A stretch of 64,000 nucleotides of DNA. Origin: Camelus dromedarius. Taxonomy: Eukaryota. The stretch is from the NCBI RefSeq assembly GCF_036321535.1, contig NC_087436.1, positions 117,120,001-117,184,000 on the forward strand, in the 5' to 3' direction. Under the pieces are notes generated by a model that was not told where the DNA came from, did not search any database, and saw only the letters and a list, made by a program, of their open reading frames with translations. Below are positions 12,853-27,169 of the stretch, piece by piece; position 1 is the first letter of the stretch; each line of letters begins with the position of its first letter. A program made the translations under genes and the position numbers.

Positions 12853-14914
12853 GTGTAAATCCTGAACTTTATATCTCATCATACTGCTCTGAAAATAAAA
12901 TAATAGGATGCATGAAAAGATATGGTTAAAAGAAAAAAAGCAAGGCAGTTCTTTCTCCCTCCCTGGCTGAGTCACTAGCTGGATGTTGGGATGCCGGGAA
13001 GTTCAGAGGGGGTCCATGAGGCAGGTTCAGCTGGAACCACTTGGAACTGGAAGATTCTGAGACAGCAACATTTTCCTATTTGAAATAGTTCTAAAGACAA
13101 ATGATGATGGAAGTCACAAGCTGAAATCTTCTGAGCCATAAATTAAATACCATTCTGGGAGCCAGCGACACGGGGTGTGTTAATAATGACTGAAATGGGA
13201 AAACATGTCACAGTGCTCATGGTGAGCTTTCTTCATTCAGAACTCTTCACCTGAACTTCCTGGAAACTAATGTGAACATCTCCCCAGATTTCTTTCTGAC
13301 TTTTTAATGGATGGTTTATAAACATTGTTTTATTTACCAAGTGCCTTGGCAGCACCCGCTGAGTAAAATGAATACACTTATTACAACCACAGCATCCATC
13401 CATCACAGTCACTCGCATGGGAGTATTTACGAAAGGAGGACCCTACTCTTGGCCTAAAAGAAAATGGCATGTCGCTAACGGTGTTTATTCAAACTGTTCA
13501 GATACCTGCAAGTTCCACCGCCCTTTGGGCTACCCTCTTCTCCAGTGGCTCCCGTCACCCAGTTTCACTGCATTTCTTTCTCCCTTTTGGCTTGCTTGGG
13601 AGCCAAGAAAAGAGAAGGTCTGAATCTGGAACAATTAGTCTGGTTTTCGGTTGATAAAAGCCCTAGCAGGTGTGTCATCAAATACCAGGGATGGAAGGGC
13701 TGAGTGTGTTGATCTTTGTCTTGGCATCAGAAAGCCAGCAACCGATAGTCACGGCGAGAAGCAGAGGATCTGAGGGGCTGACACCCCCAAAAGGAGAGAT
13801 CATGGGTGCTTCGATTCTGCAGCACATGAAAAATCACCCTGGAGGAGACTGCAGAGAATTGGATAGGAGGCTGGATGCTTGTGATGGGGAAGCCAGGCAG
13901 CAGGCTGATGTCCAGGTGGGGCAGGAAGAGGTTGGGGCTCAGGAGAATGGCAGCAGGGAGGTGAAACCCAGGTAGAGACATCCTCTGAGATGGGGTCACC
14001 TGGATGCGCGGAGAAGGAGCCTGACAGGTTGTTCAGCTGGAGCAGCAGGGTGCTTGATGAGGTGGAGGAGGAGGAAGGGTCTTCTTCATGGAAACACCTT
14101 TGCATGGCTCCCAGGTCCCCCTGCCCCATGCCCCCGGCTGCTGGCCACTGATGGACAGTCATCCGTTGACTCACCTCCTCATTCGCCCACCTGCCGCCCA
14201 GCCTTTCCAGAAGCTCTCACTGCACGTGGCTGAGGGCGCTTGGTAAGTGGCATCCAAGACCCCCTCTGGAGAGAGGAGATGCTCTTCACATCCTTAGCTG
14301 AAATATTGATGTGAAACATGGACAGACATCAAGAGACTTAAAACCACACGCTGCGTTTATTCTGACACGGCACTCCTTTACTGGCATCCAGTCTAGGGGA
14401 GGGATGCGCAGCAGAGAGGAAGGATTTGCTCCTGCATGCCCTCATCTGGCCTCATTTTTTGAAATGCATCGCCCCTCACACACACTCCATAAATAAACAA
14501 ACATGTGAGGGACTGACAGAGGGTAATAAAGGTTTAGGAAGAAGAATGAAAGCAGCCAGAGTGGCCACCGGGTGCCAAAGGCTGCTTTTCAGAGAACGTG
14601 GGTGGAAAACCTTGTCTCAGGATCCGACCCCACACCCGTAAGACTCACCTCACTCGCCTCCCGCTCACCCCCAACCAGCTCCTGCCTTTCTTGAAAATGC
14701 TGATAATTCGTGCATCGTGGGCTTTTTGCATTCATTGTGACTTTTTAGAAATATTGCATTAAGTATTATTTATCTTGATGACTGCTGTTTTCAATACCTC
14801 CTTCGTCTCGATTTGCTCCCAGGACAGAGGCTCGCTCGCCTCACCCTAGTCCCAGCTCTGGGAGAAGGAACAACCAGGCTGGGCGGAAAACAAACAAGCA
14901 CAGGCTCTTGGACG

Positions 14915-15342
14915 TGCCGACCGAAAACACATGACAACGTGACAGCTGTGAGTTCAGGTTTACTGGGGGCAAAATGAGGACGGCAGCCCGGGAGGCAGCC
15001 TCTCAGGTCGCCCTGGAGAACTGCTCCGAAGACGTAGCAAGGAGGGTCACTGTTACACGTGGTTTCAGTGACGGGGCACGTGCTGTGAAGCACGTTTACA
15101 CGGAGGCTTGCTGCTAGTCACGAGCTGCACACAGCAACGGCTTCGGGGCTTTTCTAGACGCAAGAATCTGGGCTCATAAAACCTCCTCCTGAAAATCTCT
15201 ATCTGAAGGCCTGTTCTGCCAGTTTTCCCAGAACACAGAGCACCTCCCTCCTGACCTCCACCCTGAGATCCCTTCCGTGGCTGCAGCGACTCGTGACGTA
15301 TCCCTCGTAGAGGCAGATGGCGGTGCCAGCTGTTAGTTGGCA
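14915..15342. mobile_element. Solo ERV LTR, CpG-rich, related to the LTR at 38586-39120 (opposite orientation)
   Basis: TG...CA termini, 4-bp TSD GACG/GATG. Its first ~120 nt resemble the reverse complement of the end of the 38586-39120 element. Confidence 0.65.
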
Positions 15343-15939
15343 GATGTCTGTGGGTCTCCCTCCCAAATCCTCTACTGGTTCTCCACCCTTAGAGTTGTCA
15401 CAAAGCCACAGAAGTGGCCGCTCACTGTCTGGACAGAGGGTGAATGAGGGAGTGCCCAAGACCTGATGCTCACAGCTGGGGTCCTTCTCTGTGGGAATGC
15501 CACTCAGTGTCCCCTCTCCTCGCTGCAGGGTGGTGGGCCCTGGGGACTTGCCGTGATCCCAGCAAGCATCTTTGCTGCTTCAGGACAGAGGGTCAGCCTC
15601 TGCGTGCACAGCCTCAGAGAGTGCAGCAGGGCTGGATAGGTGGGGCTGGCAACTGGGGCTCCAAGGTCAAGGGGATCTCAGACTCCATATGCATCTCTCT
15701 GGGAGGAAGGTCCTGTAATCTTAACCTTCAAGGGAAGAGCCAACACAGGAGACAGGCTTGGCACCCTGCTGAGCACCCAATTCAGAGGAACCCATGGATT
15801 CTCCTCACTTTATTCCCCCTCCATTTATGTTTCCGTGAAAGTTAACTCATTGGCTTAACTCATTTTTTCTTTAAAGGAAACAAAATGGCTTTAAAGGCAA
15901 TCTATTTGTTTATAGATTCATTCTGTTAAGTAGCATATT

Positions 15940-17700
15940 GATTTCCTTCCATTCATTCTTCTGCTAATGAGTTAATTAGCTCATTAATTAATGAGGGATA
16001 TTGAGTGAGCACCCGTTATGTTCCAGGCGCTATTTCAAGTGCTGGACGCAGTCGCAAACGTGACGGACTGGCTGGGCTAGGGTTTCAGGAGGAAACCGAA
16101 CGCACCCCAGATGGTGAAGGGAGGACTCACAGAGGCGTGGGCAGAGGGAAAGGAACAAACAAGGATGGCCAAGGTCCCCAGGACAGCAGGAGCCGTTTCC
16201 CCAAGAGCCAAGGGCAAGGGGAGGGCCAGTGTCTAGGGGGCTGACTGAGAGCCCTGGAGGGAGGCTGCCTGGGCCGGGGCGGGGAGGTGCAGTTGGATGC
16301 AGCGGTTACCAGAGCTGCTGGACAGAGCAGGGAGGCGGCGGGGAAGATTCGCCCCCGCCTCTGTCTCTTCCTGCCCCTTGTCTGCTGCTGCCTCTCCTGG
16401 GCTGGCAGCCAGTTGTAAGAGAAGAGGCTGACACTGTCCTTCAGGGCCAGCCTTCCAGGACTGGAGCAGCACAGGGAAGTTGGGGGACTGGAGCTGGGAG
16501 GCAAGGAGAGGGAACAGCACAGAGACCAAACCCCAGCTCTCTGGGCAACGTATTCTAGCTGGAGGACACAGATCAACAAACAGGTAAATGTTCATCAGGT
16601 GGTGATTGGTGCCGTTCCAAAGGTAAAAGGATGGAATAGACAGAAATGAGGGGGTTGATTAATTGTGAGGGTTGCATCTAACATTGGGAGGTTAGAGGTC
16701 CTTTCCTGTGGGTCTTATTTGAAGTGGAGACCTGAGGGAAGTGAGGAGGGAGCCCTTTGAGTATCTGAGAGAGGGTGTTCTGGGCAGAGAAACAGCAGAT
16801 AACAAAGGTCCTGAGACAAGCATGTACTAGACTTGCTTAAGAACAACCAGGAGTCCAGCTGGCCAGAGTGGAGGGGAAGAGGGAAGAGAGCGTGTGGACC
16901 GGGGTCAGTCAGGTGTGAGACAGTGAGGGTCAGAGCCTGTGGACCTTGCTAAGACATGGCCCTGAGGGGGTGGGGAGCCACTGGGAGGAGGGCGGGTTCT
17001 GAACAGACCTGACCCGTTAGAAGGAGCGCTCGGCTGCTCTGGGGGTGGTGCTGGGTGGTGGTGTGGGGAGCAGGCGCTGCAGGTGCAGGGAGAATGGGCA
17101 GGAGGCCTCGGCACAACTTAGCCGAGAGCCCCGGGACGGGGGCAGCTGGGACTCAGCTTGATGAGAAGTGGTCAGATCCCGGATAGATCTCAGGCGCAAG
17201 GTGGGGCGTGGACAGCAGGTAGGGTGGTGGACAGAAGGTGATGCCATTTACCTGGAGGGGAAGACTGAGGGGAACAGGTTTGTATACAGTGGGCTTGAGA
17301 TGCATGTTACTCATCTACGTGGAGCAGCGGAGTGCAGCCCAGGAGGGCCGCCCTGGCCTCAGACACACGACCATCATCAAGTCTTCGCTCTGCCAGAACC
17401 TGGCCCAGCCACTTTGCTGGCTTCATTTGGTTACCTTAAGGCTGAGGTCCCATGTGGTATCTGAGTGACGATGGCGTGTAGTCTGGATGGGAACGTGGGG
17501 TGCAGGTCTGGGCTGGTGATGTGAAATGTGGGAATCATTAGTCTAGAGAAGGGATCGGAAACACCTTGGGGTCAAATGCAGAGAGAAGAGGTCGAGGGGA
17601 AGGAGGCTCCACAGAAGAACGTGGAGGGCGGCTAGTGAGGCGGGAAGAACCCAACAAGCTCAGGGGAGGGGCTCAGTGAGCCTGGAAAAGGTCTTAGGTC
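15940..17700. mobile_element. Degenerate L2 LINE fragments
   Basis: CATTCATTC / TTGAGTGAGCACCCGTTATGTTCCAGGCGCTATT 3'-end motif followed by long L2-like purine-rich sequence. Confidence 0.6.
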
Positions 17701-19424
17701 TTAGCAGCATCCGAGCTGACCTCCTCTGGCCCACTGACTTTCCTCCAATGTCTAGACACGTGCTGAGTCTCCCTGACAAACACAAAGTCATCGAGATGTG
17801 CTCAGGGCGGCAAAAGTGTTCTACATTCTTGTGAGTCAGCTCTGGTCAAGTGGGAGAAGAAATATTTATCTTGGACCAGCTGAATTTGATGAATGATTGA
17901 CCTACAGATGTTAAAAATGGGTAGAATTTACCAGTCTCTGCCAGGTGTTGAGTATTATGTCCACTTATGGTTATTGATCCCCACACATGTTATTATGGGG
18001 CATGTTGTGATGTTTATGATACAAGTAAAGAAACTGAGCTCAGAGAGGTTAAGCGAGTTGTTGACGGTCACACAGCTGGTTGGCAGCAGAGTCAGGGTTT
18101 GAAGCTGGGTCACTGTGGATGCCAGAGCCTCACTCCAAACAGCTTAGACCAAACTGATGAGCAGGGAGGAGGGTCTGAATTTAGAACATTCCACTCCACT
18201 TAAAAAAAAAATTGAAATTTTGAATTTATTTCAAAATGGTGACTAAACCGAGGCATACCACTGACGGGCTTGTGAAGTTAAAGCGACAGTTCCCTGAGGG
18301 CTCCAGTCAGACCCAAAGGGATACCCACTGAGCGTGTGATCCACAGAGACAGGCTCTTTAAACTTGGGGGGTTTTTAGAACTTCTCCACCCTAATTTCTG
18401 AATGTAATAAAAAAGCCCTTCTGTCATTTTTCTTTTGAAAACATTTTTAGCGGCAAAGCAGAACTGTTTGTTTTCCTCACTTTATTTTTAAAAATGTAGT
18501 AGTTATATGCTGACTTACTTAAAATCAGAGGGAGGCAAACAGAACCCCCTGGTGGGTGACCCTGCCTGTCCCCGAAGGCTCCTGTGGCTGGGAACTAACT
18601 CAGCTTTTTCACTTTTTAAGGGGCTGAGATTCTGAGGGTGTCCCCAGGGCTGCGTTTGAGTTCACTGACTTTTCTCATCCAAAAGGGTTTGCTTTGTTCT
18701 CGATCATTTTTCCAACTAAGTTGTCAAGGCCTGGTCCTGTGGGCTTCCTGGTCAACCTTCCCGAGAAGGGACCTGGGGGCACAGAGACCTAAACAGAACA
18801 CCTAGAAGGAGCCAAGTGGACCAGTTGGACTCGAATCCACCCCAATGGACTCAGGTAGAAAAGAGGATTAATGGGCAGACCGTGGAAGCTCATGGCTGAA
18901 TCTGTGGAGAGACTACAGATCCAGGTTCTGGGAAGATGCAGAAAACCCAGGAAGCAGGCAGCAGGAGAGCCTGGTCAGGAGGTCCCTGAGCCCCTGCTGC
19001 TGGGCCCTCGGTGTTCTCGCCACCAGACCCTCTCCAGGCAGCCACCTCTGCACGGAGGACACATCCTCAACTCTCCCGCCTCTCTGTGTCGCAATCAGGG
19101 TCCAGTGTTGGTGGGCCCACCCAGAGGCGCGTCCAGGCTGGGCAGCCTCGCTGAAGCTTTCTGAGGGCAAGACAGGTCTCAGCGGGTGTTTTGACTTCTC
19201 TGCTTAGTTGGTCAGTCGGTCATCAAGTACTCATTAAGTGCCTACTGTGTGCTAGACACTGTTCTGGGCACTGGGGACACAGCAGGGACTAAAAGAGACG
19301 AGGTTCCTGCCCCCCGTGGAGTCACGGTCTGTCAGGGAAAATGAGACAGGAGCTCAAAAAACAAAGAGACAAATAAGGTAACTTCAGATATTAAGTATGT
19401 TGAAAGACAATAAAAGATAATGAG

Positions 19425-19680
19425 ATGGAGGGGAAGAGGGAGGGAGAGAAAAAGGAGGAGAAGGGGGAGAGGAGGAGGGGGAGGGGAAGGAGGGGAGGAG
19501 GGGGAGGGGAAGGAGGGGAGGAGAGGGGGGAGGGAAAGGAGGGGGAGGGGAGGAGGGGGAGGAAGGGAAGGAGAAGATGGAGGGAGGGAAGGAGAAGATG
19601 GGGGAAGGAAGGGAGGGACAAGGGAGGAAGGAAAGGAGAGAGGAGGAAGGAGGGAGAGACAGACAGACAGACAGACAGAC
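19425..19680 (+). repeat. Near-pure polypurine tract ending in (GACA)n, inside an L2
   Basis: Directly visible G/A-only run of about 230 nt followed by GACAGACAGACA. Confidence 0.9.
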
Positions 19681-20619
19681 GTAGGGTCAGGGTGGGTTTG
19701 GTTCAGCCAGGGAGGTGAGGGCAGCACTACTACAGAGGAGACGTTTGAGGTAAGACTTGAAGCACAAGAACGAAGCAGCCTTGCAGTGATTTTGGGACAG
19801 ATTTTCTGGGCAGAGCAAACAGCAAGTGCAAAGGCCCTGAGATGGGGGGAAGCTGGGGGTGTTGGGAGGCAGGGATAGGCCAGGGTCGGGGGGATGGAGG
19901 ACGCGGGAGAGAGCAAGTGAAGAGGCTGGAGAGCAGACAAGGCCTCTTGGTCACCTGGGACCTCCGTGGCCTGCTCAGTCACACAGCTAGTTGGTAGCAG
20001 CGATATTGGCCAAATTCAGTTCAACTGGGGACCTGCTCTGCTTGAGAAGCTTCTGAGCCAAGTGAGGGCACTGACCAGGTGTGTGGACATAGGAGTCTGG
20101 ATCTCTGGGACACAGTCCAAGCTGGAGAGATGGATTTGGGAGCTGGCAGCATGCTGGTGGTTTTAAGATGACAGATGAGTCTGGGTGAGGACAGCCCCGG
20201 AGAGAGTGTGGGCGAAGTGGGGAGCAGGGCCTTGAGCTGAGTCCTGGGGCCCTCCACCCCCGGAGGTTGGTAGGTAACAGGGAGCAGCAGAAGGGACTCA
20301 GAACGAGTGGTCAGGGGGGCAGAGGGATAACCAGGCCAGTGTGTGGCCCAGGAGATGGGAAAAGGAAGTTTCCAGAAGGACCCAGAGGAAGTGGAGTGGT
20401 CGGCTTCACCAAAGCTGCAGGGAGATTACAGGGACTTGACTGTTGACTTTGGATGATTGATGTTCTCAGAAGAGCAGTTTGAGCGGCCTGGTGGGTCAGC
20501 CCCGTGGGCATCAGCTGGGGAGGACCAGACGTGAGACAGTGGGTTCCCGTAGCAAGAGCCAGGAAATGGGCTGACGCCAGGTGGACATCTCCAGGTGGTC
20601 ACAGGAGGTTGTTTTTTTA

Positions 20620-21285
20620 TTTTTCCCATTGAGGTGAAATGCACTTAACATAAAAATAACCATTTCAAAGTGAACAACTGGACAGCATTTAATACATTCA
20701 CAATTCTGTACAACCACCACATCTGTCTAGATCCAAAACCATTTTCACCCCCCCAAAGCAACCTTCTCACCCATAAAATAGCCCCCCCCAATCACCTTCT
20801 CCCCCAGCCCCTGGCAAACACTGCTCTGCATTCTGCCTCCGCCAAGTTCCTCTTTTGGACATTTTACTAAAATGGAATCACACAATATGTGATCATTCAG
20901 ATCTAGCCTCTCTTCACTTAGCATAAGGGTTTTAAGATCCTTCCACATTGCATCACGTATCAGAACTTACATTCCATTGTACGGAGAGACCACTTTGTTT
21001 ACCCATTCATCAGAGGATGGACATTTGGGCCGTTTCCACCTTTCGGCTATTGTGAATAGCAGTGCTGTGAGCATTCGTGTATAAGTTTTTGTTTGAACAC
21101 CTGTTTTCAATTCTCTTGGTTCTAAACCTGGGAGTGGAGTTGCCGTGTCATACATTTATTTTTTGAGAAGCCATCAAATGATTTCCCACAGTGGCCAAAC
21201 CAGTTTACATCCCCACTAGCAGCATAGGAGAGCTCTAATTTCTCCACATCCTTGCCAACACTTAGTTTTGTTTTTGTTTTCTTAA
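20620..21285 (-). mobile_element. L1 (L1MA/MB-like) 3' end
   Basis: ATTGAGGTGAAAT...GGACATTTGGGCCGTTTCCAC...TTTCTCCACATCCTTGCCAACACT, antisense L1 3' region. Confidence 0.8.
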
Positions 21286-24200
21286 TTGTAATATTAAGAC
21301 TTTTTTTATGTAGCCAGGGGTGACCTAAGAGAGAAGGAGAAATTGGTGATGCTCCAGAGAAATGGGATCATTGGTGGAAGGGAATCCAGGAGAAGCTGAA
21401 AAAGACTTTCCCATGAGACCCACAAATGGGAGCTCCTCCCAAGTGAGAAGTCGTCTGGATGCCAGACTACAAAAAGAACAAAGAGAAATGTGTCTGACAT
21501 CAAGCCCCAGGCTCACTTGGATGGGCTGGACAGTGGAAGAGGGTCAGTGCAGACAGAGGGGGTGCTCTTGCTTTAAGCCTCAGTTCTCATCCATCAGCCA
21601 TGGTGCTTTGGGCAAGTGGGGTGATCTCTGAAAGCCCAGCACGCTAGCTGTGGAGTGGAAATAATGAGATCACAGTGGCTGCTCTTGGGGTTTGATGGGG
21701 CTGTACAGAACCAGTGCCTGGCACACAGTAGGTGCTTACTTAAAGTAAGTCCCTTCCTGTGGCTCATCCTTCTGATTAGACTGAAATACCCGATAGGAGT
21801 ACAGGCTTACCCTTCTTTGCCACCTTCTCAGTATCCAGCACTGTGCTGGCCACGCAGTAGGTGCTCTGTCAACATCTATAAAGGAATAAGTCAAGGAACA
21901 AGACTAAAACATCATGATCGATAAAGAGATTTCCGAACAAGAACAGCAACAGCGAATGTTTACCAGACTCTTGCTATGCGGGAGGCAATTGCAAACGTAT
22001 ACACCCAGGAGCGGCGGGTGGGAATATAAACTGGTTTGGTCACTGTGGAAGATAGTTTGGTGTTTCTCAAACAAATAAACAGAATTACCACTTGACACAG
22101 CAGTTCCCGCCCTAGGTATGCACCAGACGTCTCATTCGGTCTGCACGTGACCCTGTGATGAGTTCTCCCTTATCCCCACTTGGCAGGGAGGCGGCTTGTC
22201 CCATGAAACGTGCTGGGGCAGCTGGGATTTGAGATCTGACATCAAATCCCGGGCTCTGAGTCACCATCTTACACAGTCTATGTGGAGGCTGCTAAACCAA
22301 TGGTTGAATAGTCCTGGCACCCAGGAATGATTTATTGCAGCAAAAGAGACATCACGACAGAGGTTGGGTGACTGCTTGGGGAAAGGAGGCGGTGGGCACC
22401 AGCTAGATACTTGTGGAAGATTTGAAAAGCCTGGGAAAGCAATCCCATGGCTCAGAGACAGACTTTGTCCTGGTGTGTCTGTGTCCGAAAGCACAGCTGA
22501 AGCCACCCCAGGCACAGAAATGTCATCTTTCTAGCAGGTGGGCTGTGCTGACATCGGAGGTCAGTTGATAAAGACACCTGGGGAGATGTCTTCCAGAAAT
22601 CAAGTGATTTCCTTCTGCCTCTCCAGGCCACCTTTGTCAACATTAGGGCACGGGGAACGGGATCAGCCCTGAGAAGGTGGCCCGGTTACTCTTAATCGAC
22701 GCCAAGGGAATTGGATGGGCTTTTGCAGGCCCCAGCGCTGTCTCTCAGGGCCTGAGTCGTGCCCGTGCCAGGCACAGCGTCCCTTTCCCAAGGTGGGTGG
22801 GACTCCTGGGCACCTATCTCTCTGTCCTTCACCCCAGAACCACGCTTCCCTTCCCACCCCTCACCTCCCTCTGTGAACTGCTCAAAAGGAGGCTCTTGGT
22901 GATGCTGACTGAGCTGGGATCTCGCATCAGCTACCCAGCAATGCTCTCGGCCCCTCCCCTCTTTCCCTCACATTCATCTGCCACTCCAGCCCTCTGTGTA
23001 TCCCAGAGTCCTGAAAAATAGAAGGATCAGCACATGAGCATCACTTCGGGACTGGAGAGAGCTCAGGAGGACAACATGGCATGCATAAAGTAACAGCAGT
23101 GGCTGATACCACATGGGGAGCGCTTCCCAAAGGACAGCTCTCGTGGACTTCCCCACGGCTGATTTCACTCCTGTGTCGACAAAGCAGTAGGAGTTACCCC
23201 TGCATCTTGCTCCTCTGGGCTCCGGACTCGATCAGCCTGCATTCATTTGTGTTTTGCTTTACAACGATCGCGTGTCATTTCACCCGACCTCCATCATAGC
23301 TGCCAGGGTCAGTTAGTCCTACACAGTTGTCGAGAAGGGAGCCGACACCCGCGGTCAGCAGTGGCCTCGCCAGGGCACTCCTGCCTTCAGCTCACAGTCC
23401 AGAACTTGCTGACCTGCCACTGGGCATGTTTTTACTAAGCTGAGCTGGACATCAATAGCTCGATGTTAATCATTTATCACCGGTCAAAACTGGCAGCACG
23501 GAATATTTGCAGAAACAGTTGGGTGTCATTTGATCATTAACACGGCTTTCTTTCACAAATTCACAGGCTTCGGTCTGATTGTAAGGGGAGCCGTCCCATT
23601 TGTGAAGCATCTTCTGCTCACTCTTTAGACTGGACCAGGCTGGGGGAGGTCCAGGAAACAGGTAAGTCAGGCTCACAGACTCGGATCAGCTTTGGGGACG
23701 ATTTCAGGAATTACCGAGCCTCACAGAGCTGCTGGAGCAAGGGATTTAAAAATTGAGCGATGTGAAAATCAACTTGGTGAGGATTAAGTGAGAAAAGGCG
23801 CTTGGAGTGCTTAGCGTGGTGTCTGACAAACGTTTATATAAAAACGAAATTGATTATGAGTGATTATGGCTGTGTTATTATTCCAGAGGCCCCTCATTGT
23901 CCCTCCCCCTCCCCTCCTCCTTCCCTCCTCCTTTCTCTCTCCCTCCGTCTCCCTCTCCCTCTCTCTCTCTCTGTGTATCTTCCTAGCTGCCCTATTTTCC
24001 ACATTCTTTTTCAGTATCTTGCTATAGGTTAGCTTTAGCTCCATGCCAAAGTCAATGGAGAGTTAACCCTGAAAATTAAGAATAAAATCACCACCCAGTA
24101 TTGGTCGGGGAGACCCAGGACCAGAGAGTGTGCAGCGTTTCCTGCTCAGAGCTGTCAGCCAGTGACTTGCTGGACCTCAGGGCTTTGCTCAGCAGGGCCA

Positions 24201-27169
24201 CGTCTTGGGGTGGACAGTACACAAGGCTGCGACTCCAGACAGTTCAGGGAGGTGGCCTCTGCCCACAGGAGCGGATTTGGGAGAAGACCTCCACCTTTGC
24301 TGTCTGCGGGCACTTTGCGCCTTCTCTCTGCCTGTGTCCTTCCACCCAGTGCAGGGTCATGAGTGAGGAGCCAGCTTCAAGCAGACCGGGCTCTGATCTG
24401 ACCTCTGGGACAGGTTGGGTGGGAAAAGATTCTTTTCCGAGCCCCATTTGCTTTACTTCTAGCAGGATCAGTTATAGTGTCCCATGTATGGTGCCCCTGA
24501 AGGTTGTATTATAAGGAGCAGCAGCAATAGTACAGCAGAGGTGAATTTCTAAACATGTAACCCCAGGTACAGCCTAGGTTGGGCCAATCAGATTGCCCTG
24601 AGCAGAGTCCTACTACCTGTAGCTGCTGGACTGTGGCAGGTGGGCCCCAGGGCCTCAGGGTGTGGCTATTCACCAATGGGAACAGCAGCAACCCAACCTT
24701 TCAGGCCACGCTGGCAGGCACCAGCAGAGCTAGTTACACTTGAATAGCAGCAATCTTCGTATTGTTACCGCAGATTGAAAAGGCAGGAGCTAGCATTTTT
24801 GGACCCTCGTGCTGGGTTTATATTTACGTTATGTTATTTACTATTCTATTTAAGACTTAGAGAATTATTCTGAGGCAGTTTAAGGTTCTCTAGTCAAACA
24901 TCAAATGGATCCCCCTCCTTCTCCCCTTAACCAGCTCTAAGCCACCATCTGTTCCGTGAGACCCTTACAAACGAGAGATGCCTTCTCTGTGCTTCGCCAA
25001 GGCCGTTGGCAGACATTTACTATGTGCTTCACACTCCTTAACTCATTGAATCCTCACAACAGCCCTATTAGGCAGGTCCTGTTACTACTCCCTACTTGAC
25101 ACAAAGAAATGGAGGTACAGAGTGGTTAAGTAACTTTCCCCAAGTCACACAGCTAATGAGCTGTAGAGCTGGGATTTGAACCCACAGCTCCATATTGCCT
25201 GGAGCGCAAGCTGTCTGCACTTGGCCTTGCACTGCACAGGTGGCAGCTCCCCCCTGTGATGTGACGTCTCAGGGACATGAGGTCATTCTCAGCTCTGCAG
25301 TGGTCTCTGCATGTGAGGCACACAGTCTCAGGCTTCTGCTGCAGACGGCTCCCCTGGGCAGTGGGTCCCGATGGACTGAGTGTCCCTCATACAGAAGGTC
25401 AGAGCCGGCTGTGACCCTGAAGGAAGCCACCGCCCACGCCCCGCTCACTCTCTCCTGGCACCAGCCGTATTCCCCGTTTGCAACAGGTTTTCTGGGAAGA
25501 TGACAGCAATATCTCCGCATCCTTGGCCTAGGGCACATCTCACCCCTGTCAACATGGAGGACTTACTCAAGCTCTCGGTTTGGATCTGCTGAGCACAATG
25601 CTCCCCTGCACCCTGCCCACGCCCCCTCGCCTTGGGTGTAGCCCACAGAAGTGTGTAACACACACGGTGACTGGTTATCGTCCACGCACTGCCTTCTCTT
25701 CTCCCCCACGTCTGTGCTCACTCCCTCCTCATCCGTGACTGTCCACCTGCTCTAACTGTGAGTTCTAGGAGGTTCCAGCTTTGGGCAGACAACGCACATC
25801 CTCTCCAAATCCACCCTCTGACCCCAGCTTGAATCAAGCCTTCTCTTGGTTTTTCTGCCATCTAAGTCGCCAGTGGAAGCTGACTTCCTGCCGTCACTGC
25901 CTCGTCCCACCTGTCACTCACCCAAACACCCAGAGCTCTGACACGTGAGACCCACATCTCCCTTCCAGCACTGAGAGCGAGTGGATGGTCCACACCCTCC
26001 CGCTGCCTGACCAGCACTGGTTTTTAAAGCTGCTCCCCAGATGTCCTGGATGGCAGTTTCTCAGCTTCACAAACCTCTCTGCCCCTTCAGCTGATTGCTT
26101 GGCCTTGCAGGTCACCGAGAATACAGACGCCATTGGACAGGAGGCCCCGTTCCCGCACTTCCAAACCTGCAGTCCTGCCCGTCCTTCACCCACAGTCGGT
26201 CCTCTGCCCATGTCTGCCCATGTCTCTGCTCCTCCCCAGAAACCCCCGGATCCCCCCACCCCTCCACCTCCACTTACCAGTAGCTTCCCTGTGGCCACGT
26301 GCCCTGGACACGCTAATTCCTGTTGCTTGAGCCCCAAGCCACATTCAGCCCTGCCGACCACGCGCATCCTCCTCAAGCTCTGTCTTGTCCCCTCTACCGC
26401 CTCCTGCTCCCTGTTGTCTCTGACTACGCCTCCTTTGCCATTTTCCGTCCCCCATCTAGCTGGGGTTCCTTGGGAGTTTCCTTCACCCTCTCTCCCTGGG
26501 CGACCTTGCCTAGTCCCCAGGTGTTAATTGTTACCCATCTACGTCCACCCAGACCACGTCTTGAGAGCCGCTCTTCTGACTACCCACGTGATGCGTGCAC
26601 CCAGATGCCACGCAAACACCTCAAGCCACATGCTTCCTGGACAGAGCTCTGTTTCCTCCCAGCCCCACATCTGCTGCTTCCTGGGACTCCTCCAGCTCGA
26701 TGAATGATAGTCGGCAGCCACTGGACACCAAGGATTTGCCAGGCGTCTCCCCGGGCCTGTTAGATACAGTTTCCCTCATCCAAGAATCGGAGAACTGCAG
26801 GAAAACGAGTTAGATAAAAATTGGTTGCGAAACCACAGGCAAGTGGTAGTCGCCGGCGTATTGAGCTGCTTCCAGGAAGCCTGCTTTTTAAGCACAGAAA
26901 TACGTGACTGTCCCCTGCCCATCCCTGCAGCACACCTCCTGCGGCTCCCCCTTCCTGTGCTGGGCCGGGCCACCCGCCTTCTGTACCCCGTGAGCAGCCC
27001 ACATGCCAGTCCTAAGCTGCCTCTTCTCCCAGAATGTCAGCTCCCCGAGGGCAGGGCGAGGTCTGTCCTGCTCAAGAGTGCGTCCCCGTAATAATAAGCC
27101 CCATAGATAATGGGGGCTTCATAAATAATTACTGAATAAATAATTCAATGTAGGAACATTTTATTTTGC

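Noticed and set aside
19332..19982. Long Pro/Ser- or Gly/Arg-rich ORFs
   Set aside because: Translations of the polypurine tract and L2.
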